Below are positions 38,213 through 47,283 of a stretch of DNA of 58,813 bases, piece by piece. The notes under the pieces are model-generated. The model worked only from the letters and a program-made list of their open reading frames with translations. It was not told the DNA's origin and made no database searches. The stretch is from positions 1 through 58,813 of the forward strand of contig JAVBJY010000103.1 in the NCBI GenBank assembly GCA_031546735.1. Direction: 5' to 3'. Each line of letters begins with the position of its first letter. The first letter of the stretch is position 1. The position numbers were made by a program, and so were the translations under genes. The stretch comes from Eubacteriales bacterium (GTDB lineage Bacteria > Bacillota > Clostridia > Lachnospirales > JAVBJY01).

Positions 38213-39589
38213 TTAGAGTGTGTTGATATAATGTTGATTCGCTTGAATCAATTGCGTCGTATACTCTTTTGAAGGTCCGCCCGGAACGGAGCGCTTTTGC
38301 ACACACGCTTCTGGCGTAATCGCCTCATAGATGGTGTCGTCGAATGCGTCTGATACCGCTTTGTATTCGTCGATTGTCAAGTCTTCTAGCGCTTTTTCCT
38401 GTTGAATGCAATACAAAACGAGTTTCCCGATGATTTCGTGTGCATCACGAAATGCAACGCCCTTTGTTACCAGAAAATCTGCCGCATCGGTCGCGTTCAT
38501 AAATCCTTTTTTGGCGGCAGCGTACATGTTTGTTTTGTTTATCTTAGCGGTGTCAAGCATCGCCGTAAACACCGGCAAACACATCTGGATCGTATCAATG
38601 GCGTCAAACACACATTCTTTGTCTTCTTGCATATCTTTATTATACGCAAGGGGAATGCCCTTCATCACGGTCAACAATGTAAACAAATCACCATAGATTC
38701 TGCCCGTCTTTCCCCGAATTAATTCAGCCATATCGGGATTTTTCTTTTGCGGCATAATCGAACTGCCGGTGCTGTAGGCGTCGTCAAGCTCGATAAATAA
38801 AAATTGCTGGCTAGACCAAAGAATAATTTCTTCACAAAACCGACTCAAATGCATCATGACAATCGACAGGTCAGACAGAAGCTCGATACAAAAATCTCGG
38901 TCGGATACGCCGTCCATGCTATTTTTTGTGATTTGCGCAAAGCCCAGTGCGTCCGCCACCATCTGCCTGTCGAGGGGGTATGTCGTCGCCGCAAGGGCAC
39001 CCGAGCCGAGCGGCATGACGTTTGTCCGTTTGAAGCAGTCGGCTAACCGCTCATAATCACGCGAGAACATCTCGAAATAAGCCAGTACATGGTGGGCAAA
39101 CGTGACGGGTTGGGCATTTTGCAGGTGCGTATATCCCGGCATAATGGTGTCTGTATGTTCGGCGGCGATTTTGTTTAACGTCGTCAATAGCGCTTTCAAG
39201 TTTTTTTGTATTTGGATGATTTCTTTTTTTACATACAGGCGCATATCAAGACAGACTTGGTCGTTTCGACTTCTGCCTGTGTGCAGTTTCTTGCCCACGT
39301 CTCCGATTCGATGGATCAAGATTGTTTCGATATTCATGTGGATATCTTCTGCTTTTTCATCAAATGCGATGGTGCCGGCTTCGATGTCTAAAAAGATTTC
39401 AAGCAGTGTCTTGTGGATCAGGTGTGCATCTTCTTCGGGGATAATCCCTTGTTGGGCCAGCATATCCACATGGGCAACGCTGCCAAAAATATCTTCTTTA
39501 TACATCCGTTTGTCAAAGGAGATCGACGAATGAAAGTGGTCGACAAAACTGTCTGTTGATTTTGTAAATCTTCCGCCCCAAAGCTTCAT
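38213..39589 (-). CDS. argH: Argininosuccinate lyase
   Basis: Start moved to MKLWGGRF (39589), 1 nt after the argG stop. Signature GSSIMPQKKNPD. Confidence 0.9.
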   Translation of the reverse strand: MKLWGGRFTKSTDSFVDHFHSSISFDKRMYKEDIFGSVAHVDMLAQQGIIPEEDAHLIHKTLLEIFLDIEAGTIAFDEKAEDIHMNIETILIHRIGDVGKKLHTGRSRNDQVCLDMRLYVKKEIIQIQKNLKALLTTLNKIAAEHTDTIMPGYTHLQNAQPVTFAHHVLAYFEMFSRDYERLADCFKRTNVMPLGSGALAATTYPLDRQMVADALGFAQITKNSMDGVSDRDFCIELLSDLSIVMMHLSRFCEEIILWSSQQFLFIELDDAYSTGSSIMPQKKNPDMAELIRGKTGRIYGDLFTLLTVMKGIPLAYNKDMQEDKECVFDAIDTIQMCLPVFTAMLDTAKINKTNMYAAAKKGFMNATDAADFLVTKGVAFRDAHEIIGKLVLYCIQQEKALEDLTIDEYKAVSDAFDDTIYEAITPEACVQKRSVPGGPSKEYTTQLIQANQHYINTL

Positions 39590-39590
39590 G

Positions 39591-40802
39591 CTAGTTCCCG
39601 CTTTCTTTCTGTTTTGCCACAAGCGCACGCACTTTGAGTGGAAGCCCAAACAAGTTGATAAAGCCTTCGGCATCGTGGTGGTCGTAGAGTTCGCCTGTCG
39701 TAAAGCTCGCCAACGCTTCGCTGTAAAGAGAGTTCGGCGATGTAACGCCCGCCGACGTAATGTTGCCTTTGTATAATTTCAATTTGACCGTTCCCGTCAC
39801 ATTCTCTTGTGTTTTATCCACAAATGCCGACAGCGCCTCACGCAATGGCGTATACCACTCGCCCGAATACACAAGCTCTGCAAATTTAATGCCGATCATT
39901 TCTTTGTAGGCGGTTGTCTGTTTGTCATGACACAAAAACTCTAAGTCACGGTGTGCAAAATATAAAATCGTGCCGCCCGGTGTTTCGTATACGCCACGGG
40001 ATTTCATGCCCACTACTCTGTTTTCAACCAAATCGACAATGCCGACGCCGTTCTTGCCGCCCAGTTCGTTTAACGTATCCATCAGTTCAATCGGCGTTAC
40101 TTTTTTTCCATCTAAGGAAACAGGGATGCCGCGTTCGAACCCGATCTCAATATACGTAGGGGTATCTGGCGCTTTTTCTGGCGTGACAGACAATTGGAGC
40201 AGTTTATCAAAGTTTGGTTCTTTTGATGGGTCTTCCAATTCTAGCCCTTCGTGGCTGATGTGCCATAGGTTTCTGTCACGGCTATAGCTTTCTTCTTTTT
40301 TCATCGGCACTTCTATGCCGCGTTTTTGTAAATATTCGATTTCCTCTTCGCGAGAAGAGATATCCCATGTGCGCCAAGGCGCGATAATTTTAAGATGGGG
40401 TGCCAACGCTTTCATCGTTAATTCGAAGCGAATCTGGTCGTTGCCTTTACCGGTTGCGCCGTGGCAGATGGCTTCGGCACCTTCGCGAAGCGCGATCTCT
40501 ACGAGACGCTTTGCGATGAGTGGCCTTGCGATAGACGTGCCCAGCAAATATTTATTTTCGTATACGGCGTGGGCTTTCACCATTGGATAGACGAAGTCTG
40601 TAATAAATTCATCTCGTACGTCTTCGATAAAGATTTTATCTGCGCCCATGCGAATTGCCTTTTCTTCCATGCCGTCGGTTTCGTTGCCTTGCCCTACGTC
40701 CACGCACACTGCGATGATTTCACAATTTTCGTGTGTTTCTTTTAACCATGGAATGATGACAGACGTATCCAGTCCGCCCGAGTATGCCAACACAATTTTC
40801 AT
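39591..40802 (-). CDS. argG: Argininosuccinate synthase
   Basis: 403 aa. [11 protein letters not shown]-loop. Confidence 0.9.
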   Translation of the reverse strand: MKIVLAYSGGLDTSVIIPWLKETHENCEIIAVCVDVGQGNETDGMEEKAIRMGADKIFIEDVRDEFITDFVYPMVKAHAVYENKYLLGTSIARPLIAKRLVEIALREGAEAICHGATGKGNDQIRFELTMKALAPHLKIIAPWRTWDISSREEEIEYLQKRGIEVPMKKEESYSRDRNLWHISHEGLELEDPSKEPNFDKLLQLSVTPEKAPDTPTYIEIGFERGIPVSLDGKKVTPIELMDTLNELGGKNGVGIVDLVENRVVGMKSRGVYETPGGTILYFAHRDLEFLCHDKQTTAYKEMIGIKFAELVYSGEWYTPLREALSAFVDKTQENVTGTVKLKLYKGNITSAGVTSPNSLYSEALASFTTGELYDHHDAEGFINLFGLPLKVRALVAKQKESGN

Positions 40803-40842
40803 TTTGAAGCCCTCCCAATATTAAATGGTAATATTTTCTTTG

Positions 40843-40871
40843 ATTATACATGTTCTAGTGGTATTATTCAA
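40843..40871 (-). promoter_or_regulatory. argGH promoter with an overlapping ARG-box-like half-site
   Basis: Minus strand: TTGAAT (40871-40866), 17 nt spacer, TATAAT (40848-40843). TGAATAATA overlaps the -35. Confidence 0.5.
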
Positions 40872-41006
40872 TAAGAAAGTTCGCTTTACGAACTTTCAAC
40901 CACAATTTATGAAGCACCGCGACTGGTCGCGGCTAGGAATCGTGCGAAGCACTTTCCTAGGCATATAAAGAAATGCAATTTGCTATAAAAGAAGTTAAAA
41001 TACAAG

Positions 41007-41035
41007 TTGCATATTATTCACCTGTCATGTATAAT
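41007..41035 (+). promoter_or_regulatory. argCJB(D) promoter with an overlapping ARG-box-like half-site
   Basis: TTGCAT (41007-41012), 17 nt spacer, TATAAT (41030-41035). TATTATTCA (reverse complement TGAATAATA) lies in the spacer at 41012-41020. Confidence 0.5.
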
Positions 41036-41082
41036 TATAAGTCTTTAAGAGCATTGTAACCATCAAGAAGGAGGGACTTCAA

Positions 41083-42126
41083 TTGATTCAAGTCGGAATT
41101 ATCGGTGGCACAGGGTATGCGGGCACAGAGTTACTTCGTCTGTTAAGCGCCCATCCCGATGCCAATATTGTATCCGTTACGTCACAATCTTATGCCGGCA
41201 AGCCATACGGCGAGATTTTTGAAAACTATAGACACATAGAAAACCTCATCTGCGAGGAAGAAAACCTAGCCGAGCTGGCCAACCGTTGTGACGTCATCTT
41301 TATGGCGTTGCCACATGGCGTCGCCGGAAAAAAGATCACCGCAGACCTTTTGGCGAAGACAAAGGTCATCGATCTCGGTGCTGACTTTCGCCTGAAAGAT
41401 GCAAATATTTATGAGGCGTGGTATGACACGGCCCATGAGAACAAATCATTGTTAGAAGAAGCCGTATACGGCTTGTGCGAAATCAATCGCGACGACATCG
41501 TCGGCAAACGATTAATCGCCAATCCCGGATGCTACACCACCTGTAGCATCCTCTCCTTATATCCCCTCGTCAAGGAAGGTTTAATCGACAACACCTCCAT
41601 TATCATCGACGCAAAATCAGGCGTCACCGGTGCGGGACGCGGAGCAAACCTCGGCGTACATTTTAACGAGACAAACGAATCGATAAAGGCGTATAAAATT
41701 GCCAGCCACAGACACACACCCGAAATTGAAGAACAACTTTCATACGGGGCGGGCGAAGCCATCACCCTCTCGTTCACACCACACCTGATCCCCATGAACC
41801 GGGGCATCTTGGCGACGTGTTATGCAAACCTCAAAAAAACAGCGACCGACGAAACCATTCGTGATGTATATGCCAGCCATTACGGCGACGAGTTTTTTAT
41901 CAGATTAACAAAGCAAGGCGTCTTCCCCGAAACGAAGTGGGTGAAGGGTTCGAATTTTTGCGACATCGGCTTTGCCATCGATGAGCGGACGAATCGCATC
42001 GTCGTCGTAGGTGCCATTGACAATTTGGTAAAAGGAGCCGCCGGGCAAGCAATCCAAAACATGAATCTATTATTTGGGCTAGACGAGAAAAAAGGGCTTG
42101 ACTACATCCCTTATTTTCCTATATAA
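41083..42126 (+). CDS. argC: N-acetyl-gamma-glutamyl-phosphate reductase
   Basis: 347 aa. TTG start behind AGGAGGG. Active-site NPGCYTT. Confidence 0.9.
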   Translation: MIQVGIIGGTGYAGTELLRLLSAHPDANIVSVTSQSYAGKPYGEIFENYRHIENLICEEENLAELANRCDVIFMALPHGVAGKKITADLLAKTKVIDLGADFRLKDANIYEAWYDTAHENKSLLEEAVYGLCEINRDDIVGKRLIANPGCYTTCSILSLYPLVKEGLIDNTSIIIDAKSGVTGAGRGANLGVHFNETNESIKAYKIASHRHTPEIEEQLSYGAGEAITLSFTPHLIPMNRGILATCYANLKKTATDETIRDVYASHYGDEFFIRLTKQGVFPETKWVKGSNFCDIGFAIDERTNRIVVVGAIDNLVKGAAGQAIQNMNLLFGLDEKKGLDYIPYFPI

Positions 42127-42166
42127 AGGATAGAAAAGAGAGAGTAAAAGAGAGGATCGTACATAC

Positions 42167-43381
42167 ATGAAAACAATTGAAGGAAGCATTGCATCGCCCC
42201 GGGGCTTTCAAGCGACCGGCGCACATATCGGGCTAAAAAAAGCATCAAAAGATTTATGCCTCATCGTCAGTGACGTGAAGGCAGTCGCCGCAGGCTGTTT
42301 TACGACCAACATCGTAAAGGCCGCGCCTGTCATGTGGGACATGAACGTCATCGGAAATGACATCAAGGGCATCGTGGTCAACAGTGGCAACGCCAACGCC
42401 TGCACAGGCGACCAAGGCATGAAAGATACGGAGACAATGGCCGATACCTTTGCCCAATTGATCGGGTGCAACAAAGAAGAAGTTTTGGTTTGTTCCACAG
42501 GGGTCATTGGCGTCAATCTTCCCATGGAAAAATTGACAGCCGGTATGGCGTCTACGTTTCCGTCGTTAGGCTCTACCCTTGACGATGGGCTAAACGCGGC
42601 AAGAGCGATTATGACGACCGACACATTTATGAAAAACATCTGCGTACAGACCGAAATCGGCGGCAAAACCGTGACGATTGCCTCAATGGCAAAAGGCTCT
42701 GGCATGATTCATCCGAACATGGCGACGATGTTAAGCTTTGTGACAACAGACGTTTCCATCGACCGCTCGTTGTTACAAAAGGCATTAAAAGACGTCGTGT
42801 CGGTTACATATAACATGATTTCTGTAGACGGCGACATGAGCACCAACGATACCATCTTGGCATTGGCCAACGGCATGGCAGACAACGCGACGATTACAGA
42901 AGAAAACGACGACTATAAAACATTTGTGGACGCGCTTTTGTTTGTAACCAGAACACTGGCAAAAGAAGTGGCGCGAGACGGCGAGGGCGCGACGAAACTG
43001 CTCGAAGTTTGCGTGAACGGTGCCAAAACGTATGCAGACGCGGCTACCATCAGCAAGTCGGTTGTCTCCTCTAACCTATTTAAGGCGGCGTTGTTTGGCG
43101 AAGATGCCAACTGGGGTCGGGTGCTTTGCGCCATGGGCTATTCAGGGGCAAGCTTTGACCCGTCACAGGTGACCATCGCCTTTAGAAGCGAAGCCGGAAC
43201 CATCGCCTTGATGGAAAAAGGCACACCGATTGCCTTTGACGAGGCAAAAGCGTCCGAAATTTTAGCGCTAAAAGAAATTTTTGTCGACATACAATTGGCA
43301 GAAGGGAGTGAATCCGCGGTCGCATGGGGTTGTGATTTGACATATGACTATGTTAAAATTAACGGCGACTACAGATCGTAA
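42167..43381 (+). CDS. argJ: Bifunctional ornithine acetyltransferase / N-acetylglutamate synthase
   Basis: 404 aa. Autoprocessing site context PNMATMLSFVTTD. Confidence 0.9.
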   Translation: MKTIEGSIASPRGFQATGAHIGLKKASKDLCLIVSDVKAVAAGCFTTNIVKAAPVMWDMNVIGNDIKGIVVNSGNANACTGDQGMKDTETMADTFAQLIGCNKEEVLVCSTGVIGVNLPMEKLTAGMASTFPSLGSTLDDGLNAARAIMTTDTFMKNICVQTEIGGKTVTIASMAKGSGMIHPNMATMLSFVTTDVSIDRSLLQKALKDVVSVTYNMISVDGDMSTNDTILALANGMADNATITEENDDYKTFVDALLFVTRTLAKEVARDGEGATKLLEVCVNGAKTYADAATISKSVVSSNLFKAALFGEDANWGRVLCAMGYSGASFDPSQVTIAFRSEAGTIALMEKGTPIAFDEAKASEILALKEIFVDIQLAEGSESAVAWGCDLTYDYVKINGDYRS

Positions 43382-43400
43382 ACAGATGATGGGTGAGAAT

Positions 43401-44261
43401 ATGCAAGAATACATTCAAAAAGCAGAAACGTTGGTTGAGGCGTTGCCATACATTAACGCCTTCAAAGGCATTACCGTTGTGATCAAATATGGCGGCAGTG
43501 CCCTCATCAATGAAGAAGTAAAAAGCACCTTAATGAAGGACATCGCCCTGATGAAATTTGTCGGGTTTAAGCCAGTTGTCGTGCACGGCGGCGGCAAAGA
43601 CATCTCCAACATGTTGGCGCGTTTAAACATACAATCTGAATTTAAAGACGGCTTGCGTGTGACAGACGCCGAAACGATGGAAGTGGTCGAGATGGTGTTG
43701 GCGGGCAAGTTAAACAAAGCCATCGCCACCGAATTGTGCCTGCACGGCATCAATGCCGTCGGCATCAGTGGCAAGGACGCAAGGCTTTTGCAAGTCGAAA
43801 AAATTTGCCCCAATGGTGAGGATATCGGGCTCGTGGGTGAAGTCAAATACACCGACACTACCTTAATCAAGACACTGCTTGATAACGATTTTGTGCCCGT
43901 CATTTCTCCGATTGGGGTTGACGAGTTTGGCACCAGCTATAACGTCAACGCAGACTATGCGGCTGTGGCTGTCGCCGGTGCCCTTGAAGCCGGAAAGCTT
44001 GTCTTTATCACAGACGTGGCGGGTGTGCTAGAAGACGTAAACGACCCCGCGAGCGTCATCTCTGTGATGAAGGTGGCAGACGTGAAGCGGATGATCGACG
44101 AGGGCACGATTACCGGCGGCATGATTCCGAAGGTCGAATGTTGTGTCGCAGGCGTAGACGCAGGCGTTCGAAACGTCCATATCTTGGACGGACGCATTGA
44201 GCACTGCTTAATTTTAGAAATCTTTACCCAAAAAGGAATCGGGACATTAATCGAGAGGTGA
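43401..44261 (+). CDS. argB: Acetylglutamate kinase
   Basis: Start taken at MQEYIQKAETLVEALPYI. VVIKYGGSA motif. Confidence 0.85.
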   Translation: MQEYIQKAETLVEALPYINAFKGITVVIKYGGSALINEEVKSTLMKDIALMKFVGFKPVVVHGGGKDISNMLARLNIQSEFKDGLRVTDAETMEVVEMVLAGKLNKAIATELCLHGINAVGISGKDARLLQVEKICPNGEDIGLVGEVKYTDTTLIKTLLDNDFVPVISPIGVDEFGTSYNVNADYAAVAVAGALEAGKLVFITDVAGVLEDVNDPASVISVMKVADVKRMIDEGTITGGMIPKVECCVAGVDAGVRNVHILDGRIEHCLILEIFTQKGIGTLIER

Positions 44262-44349
44262 TTAACAGTTGATAAAAAGTTATAAAAAGCTACATGATAC
44301 TGTTGAATAAATTATATTTTTTATATAGAATAAAATCGAGGTGAAAACC

Positions 44350-44623
44350 ATGAGATATTATTCTATACACGAGTTTTGCAAGCTAATAAACCGAACGCCA
44401 CAAACATTAAGAACATGGGATAAGAACAGAAAACTAAAACCCGACCATTTAGGCAGAATTATATGATTGCAAAATTGAGATCGCTGATCATACCGAAAAA
44501 ACAGAAGAGCAAGAGTTAGTGAAGGATTTAGTTCAAATCATAACAGTTTTTAGTTGTAAACTACAAGGCAAACGAGCCAACAAGGCTAAAAAGATGATTA
44601 AGGAGTTGACCTCCAATGATTAA
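44350..44623 (+). pseudogene. tnpA: IS607-type serine recombinase (tnpA) remnant: HTH and C-terminal tail only, catalytic domain deleted, frameshifted
   Basis: 44350-44466 encodes MRYYSIHEFCKLINRTPQTLRTWDKNRKLKPDHLGRII*, a MerR-like HTH typical of IS607 TnpA. A +1 frame (44453-44623) encodes ...CKIEIADHTEKTEEQELVKDLVQIITVFSCKLQGKRANKAKKMIKELTSND*, the typical C-terminal tail. About 150 aa of resolvase core are missing. The stop overlaps the tnpB ATG (ATGATTAA). Confidence 0.7.
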
Positions 44624-45854
44624 ATCGATAAAGATAAAGCTACACCCAAATCATAAGCAACAAACACAAATGTTTAGAACACTAAATTGCTCTCGCTATG
44701 CTTATAATTGGGCTATCGCCACTCAAATGCAGAATTTCAAAGATGGCAATAAGTTTATCGGTGAGTTTGAACTTCGGCGGATGTTCACAGAACATAAAAA
44801 AGAAAACGAATGGCTCTACGCAGTAAGTAACGATGCCTTAAAACAATCAATCAAAGACGCCTGTACGGCATATAAAAACTTTTTTGATAAGCAAAAGAAA
44901 AAAGGATATGAGAAATACACAGACAGACAAAAGCAACATGCAAAAGAAACGGGCAAACTATTAACAGTTTATAACATGCAAGGACATCCAAAATTCAAGA
45001 AAAAACAAGAAAACAAAGTAAAGTATTACATGGATACAGACAAAATAGAAGTTACGAGTAGCCATGTGAAGCCAGAAAAAATAGCGGATAGCAAACGCAG
45101 GAACAGGTTAAAAGCGAATTTTGTAAAGCTTGCAGAGAGCGACAGAATACCAGTTAACACGAAGTATATAAATCCACGTATTGGTTTTGATGGGATAAGC
45201 TTTTGGTTGAGTTTAGTCATTGAAACAGAGAGTAAAATAGAACCGCCAGCAACCGAAGAAGGCATAGGAATTGATATAGGCGTGAAAGAACTAGCCATAT
45301 GTTCAAATGGTTCGGTTTATAAAAATATTAACAAAACTAAAATCATAAAGAAGTTAAAGAAAAAACAGCGTAGATTGCAACGCCGAGTATCAAGAAAATA
45401 CTTGAAAAATAAAAAAGGAGAGAGTTACTGCAAAACAAGCAATATTATAAAGAGTGAAAAACAACTTTTAAAAATAAATCAACGACTAACGAATATTCGT
45501 CATAACCACTTACACCAAACAACGAGCGAGATCGTGAAAACCAAGCCATCTTACATCGTTGTTGAAGATCTAAACGTGAAAGGTATGATGAGCAACAGAC
45601 ATTTAGCAAAAGTGATACAGGAACAATGTTTTTATGAATTTTACAGACAGATGGAATACAAAACAAAATGGAACAATATAAAATTCATCGAAGCACCTCG
45701 CTTTTATCCTTCAAGCAAAACATGCTCACAATGCGGTAAAATTAAATTGGATTTGAAGTTAAAAGACCGAATTTACAAATGTGACTGTGGCCTTGAAATA
45801 GATAGAGATTTAAACGCCAGTATCAATTTGTGCAGCTACGGATTAGCAATATAG
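44616..45854 (+). CDS. tnpB: TnpB (OrfB) RNA-guided endonuclease, apparently intact
   Basis: 412 aa. RuvC-I GIDIGVKELA, RuvC-II VVEDLNVKGM, zinc ribbon CSQCG...CDCG, RuvC-III IDRDLNASINL. Confidence 0.85.
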   Translation: MIKSIKIKLHPNHKQQTQMFRTLNCSRYAYNWAIATQMQNFKDGNKFIGEFELRRMFTEHKKENEWLYAVSNDALKQSIKDACTAYKNFFDKQKKKGYEKYTDRQKQHAKETGKLLTVYNMQGHPKFKKKQENKVKYYMDTDKIEVTSSHVKPEKIADSKRRNRLKANFVKLAESDRIPVNTKYINPRIGFDGISFWLSLVIETESKIEPPATEEGIGIDIGVKELAICSNGSVYKNINKTKIIKKLKKKQRRLQRRVSRKYLKNKKGESYCKTSNIIKSEKQLLKINQRLTNIRHNHLHQTTSEIVKTKPSYIVVEDLNVKGMMSNRHLAKVIQEQCFYEFYRQMEYKTKWNNIKFIEAPRFYPSSKTCSQCGKIKLDLKLKDRIYKCDCGLEIDRDLNASINLCSYGLAI

Positions 45855-45991
45855 CCAAAACAAGTATTGTTAATGTGTACCGATACGTTAGTCGGGAATT
45901 TAAGCCTTCGGAGTGTTATAGCAAACGAGAGTAGCGTTAGCAAAATCGGACACGATGAAAAAGGAATGAAACATAAAGGTTGTTATAACTT
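45700..45991 (+). ncRNA. Predicted TnpB omegaRNA (scaffold overlapping the tnpB 3' end, plus guide); boundaries inferred
   Basis: The position is the one established for TnpB omegaRNAs (3' part of tnpB through the right end). Small hairpins are present (ccga-tacgttag-tcgg at about 45888-45903). The sequence GGAATGAAAC (45962-45971) resembles, from memory, the 3' end of Cas12f crRNA repeats (GGAAUGCAAC). No covariance model was run. Confidence 0.35.
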
Positions 45992-46020
45992 TTTATAAGT
46001 TTTCAGTAACGGTGATTGAG

Positions 46021-47181
46021 ATGGATACATTTGAAAGAGGATTAAACGTCGTCATGAACACATACAACAGGTTTCCCATCGTGCTGGAAAAAGGATGCGG
46101 CATGTATGTGTATGACGAGAACGGAAAAGAATATTTAGATTTTGTGGCTGGCATTGCTGTTAATTCGTTGGGGCATGGCCACGAGAAATTATGCAACGTC
46201 ATCGCCGAGCAGGCAAAAAACATGATCCACTGCTCCAACCTATACTGGACGAAGCCCCAAATCGAATTTGCCGAAAAGCTAGTGGCAGACACTTGTTTTG
46301 AGAAGGTGTTCTTTTGCAACAGTGGTGCCGAGGCCATCGAAGGGGCGCTGAAGCTCTCTCGAAAATATCGGAAAGAGGGCAAAAAAGAAATCATCACCAT
46401 GTTAAACTCGTTTCATGGCAGAACCTACGGTGCCATTACGGCCACAGGGCAAGCCCACTACCAAGAAGGGTTAGACCCACTACTCCCTAACATATCGTAC
46501 GTGCCGTTTAACGATTTTGACGCACTGGCCGCCGCCGTTACGTCCGATACATGCGCAATCTTTATCGAGCCCATACAAGGCGAAGGCGGCATACGCCCCG
46601 CCAACAAAGAATACTTGCAAAAGGTGCGTGCCCTTTGCGACGAGAAAGACATTTTGCTTGTATTTGACGAGATCCAATGCGGGTTCGGCCGCACAGGCTA
46701 TTTATTTGCGTACCAATATTACGACGTGGCACCCGACGTCTTGACCATTGCCAAAGGCACCGCGGGCGGCGTTCCAATCGGCGTATTGCTCGCCAACAAA
46801 AAAACCGCCTCTGTGTTCAAGCCGGGTGACCACGCGTCAACCTTCGGCGGCAATCCATTGGCGACAGCCGCGGCGAACTGCGTCATCGATGAGTTAAAAG
46901 GCGGGCTACTTGAAAATGTAAAAGTGCAAGGGCAATATTTGACCACCAAGCTTCAAGAGCTGATGGCGAAGCATGAACAGATCATCGACGTCAGAGGATG
47001 CGGTTTGATGCAAGGCATCGAGTTGACCGTGCCGGTTGCTCCTATTATCGCCAAGTGCATCGACAATGGCTTGCTTCTTTTAAATTCCGGCGCGAAGATT
47101 CTAAGATTTGTCCCTTCGTTTATCGTGTCGAAGGAAGATATCGATAAGGCGATGGGGATTTTGGATGAGGCGTTGGCGTAA
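46021..47181 (+). CDS. argD: Acetylornithine aminotransferase
   Basis: ATG at 46021 behind GGTGA; GTG at 46012 is the track start. Class III aminotransferase with PLP-lysine context DVLTIAKGTAGG. Confidence 0.85.
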   Translation: MDTFERGLNVVMNTYNRFPIVLEKGCGMYVYDENGKEYLDFVAGIAVNSLGHGHEKLCNVIAEQAKNMIHCSNLYWTKPQIEFAEKLVADTCFEKVFFCNSGAEAIEGALKLSRKYRKEGKKEIITMLNSFHGRTYGAITATGQAHYQEGLDPLLPNISYVPFNDFDALAAAVTSDTCAIFIEPIQGEGGIRPANKEYLQKVRALCDEKDILLVFDEIQCGFGRTGYLFAYQYYDVAPDVLTIAKGTAGGVPIGVLLANKKTASVFKPGDHASTFGGNPLATAAANCVIDELKGGLLENVKVQGQYLTTKLQELMAKHEQIIDVRGCGLMQGIELTVPVAPIIAKCIDNGLLLLNSGAKILRFVPSFIVSKEDIDKAMGILDEALA

Positions 47182-47201
47182 GGTTTTTGATCTAGTGGTT
47201 T

Positions 47202-47247
47202 AGAGAAGGGCGGCTTCCCTGTGAATGGAAAGCCGCCCTTCTCTTTA
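47202..47247 (+). terminator. argD terminator; member of the GGGCGGCTTCCC hairpin family
   Basis: 15-bp stem agagaagggcggctt / aagccgcccttctct (47202-47216 / 47230-47244) followed by TTT. Confidence 0.75.
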
Positions 47248-47283
47248 CGTGCCGCGGTAAGAATGCACGACTGATTTTTTTTG

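Larger units (their letters stand above)
44270..45995 (+). mobile_element. IS607-like (IS200/IS605 superfamily) element: degraded serine-recombinase tnpA plus intact tnpB; ends approximate
   Basis: Gene content as described in the next rows. Related end sequences: ataaaaagttataa (44272-44285) versus ataaaggttgttataa (45972-45987) in direct orientation, and ttataactttttat (45982-45995) as an exact inverted copy. Internal promoter TTGAAT (44303-44308), 17 nt spacer, TAGAAT (44326-44331). Confidence 0.7.

Noticed and set aside
46012-46020. GTG at 46012 as the argD start
   Set aside because: The ATG at 46021 has a better-placed GGTGA, and the GTG would lie even closer to the predicted element end. 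The difference is 3 codons and remains uncertain.
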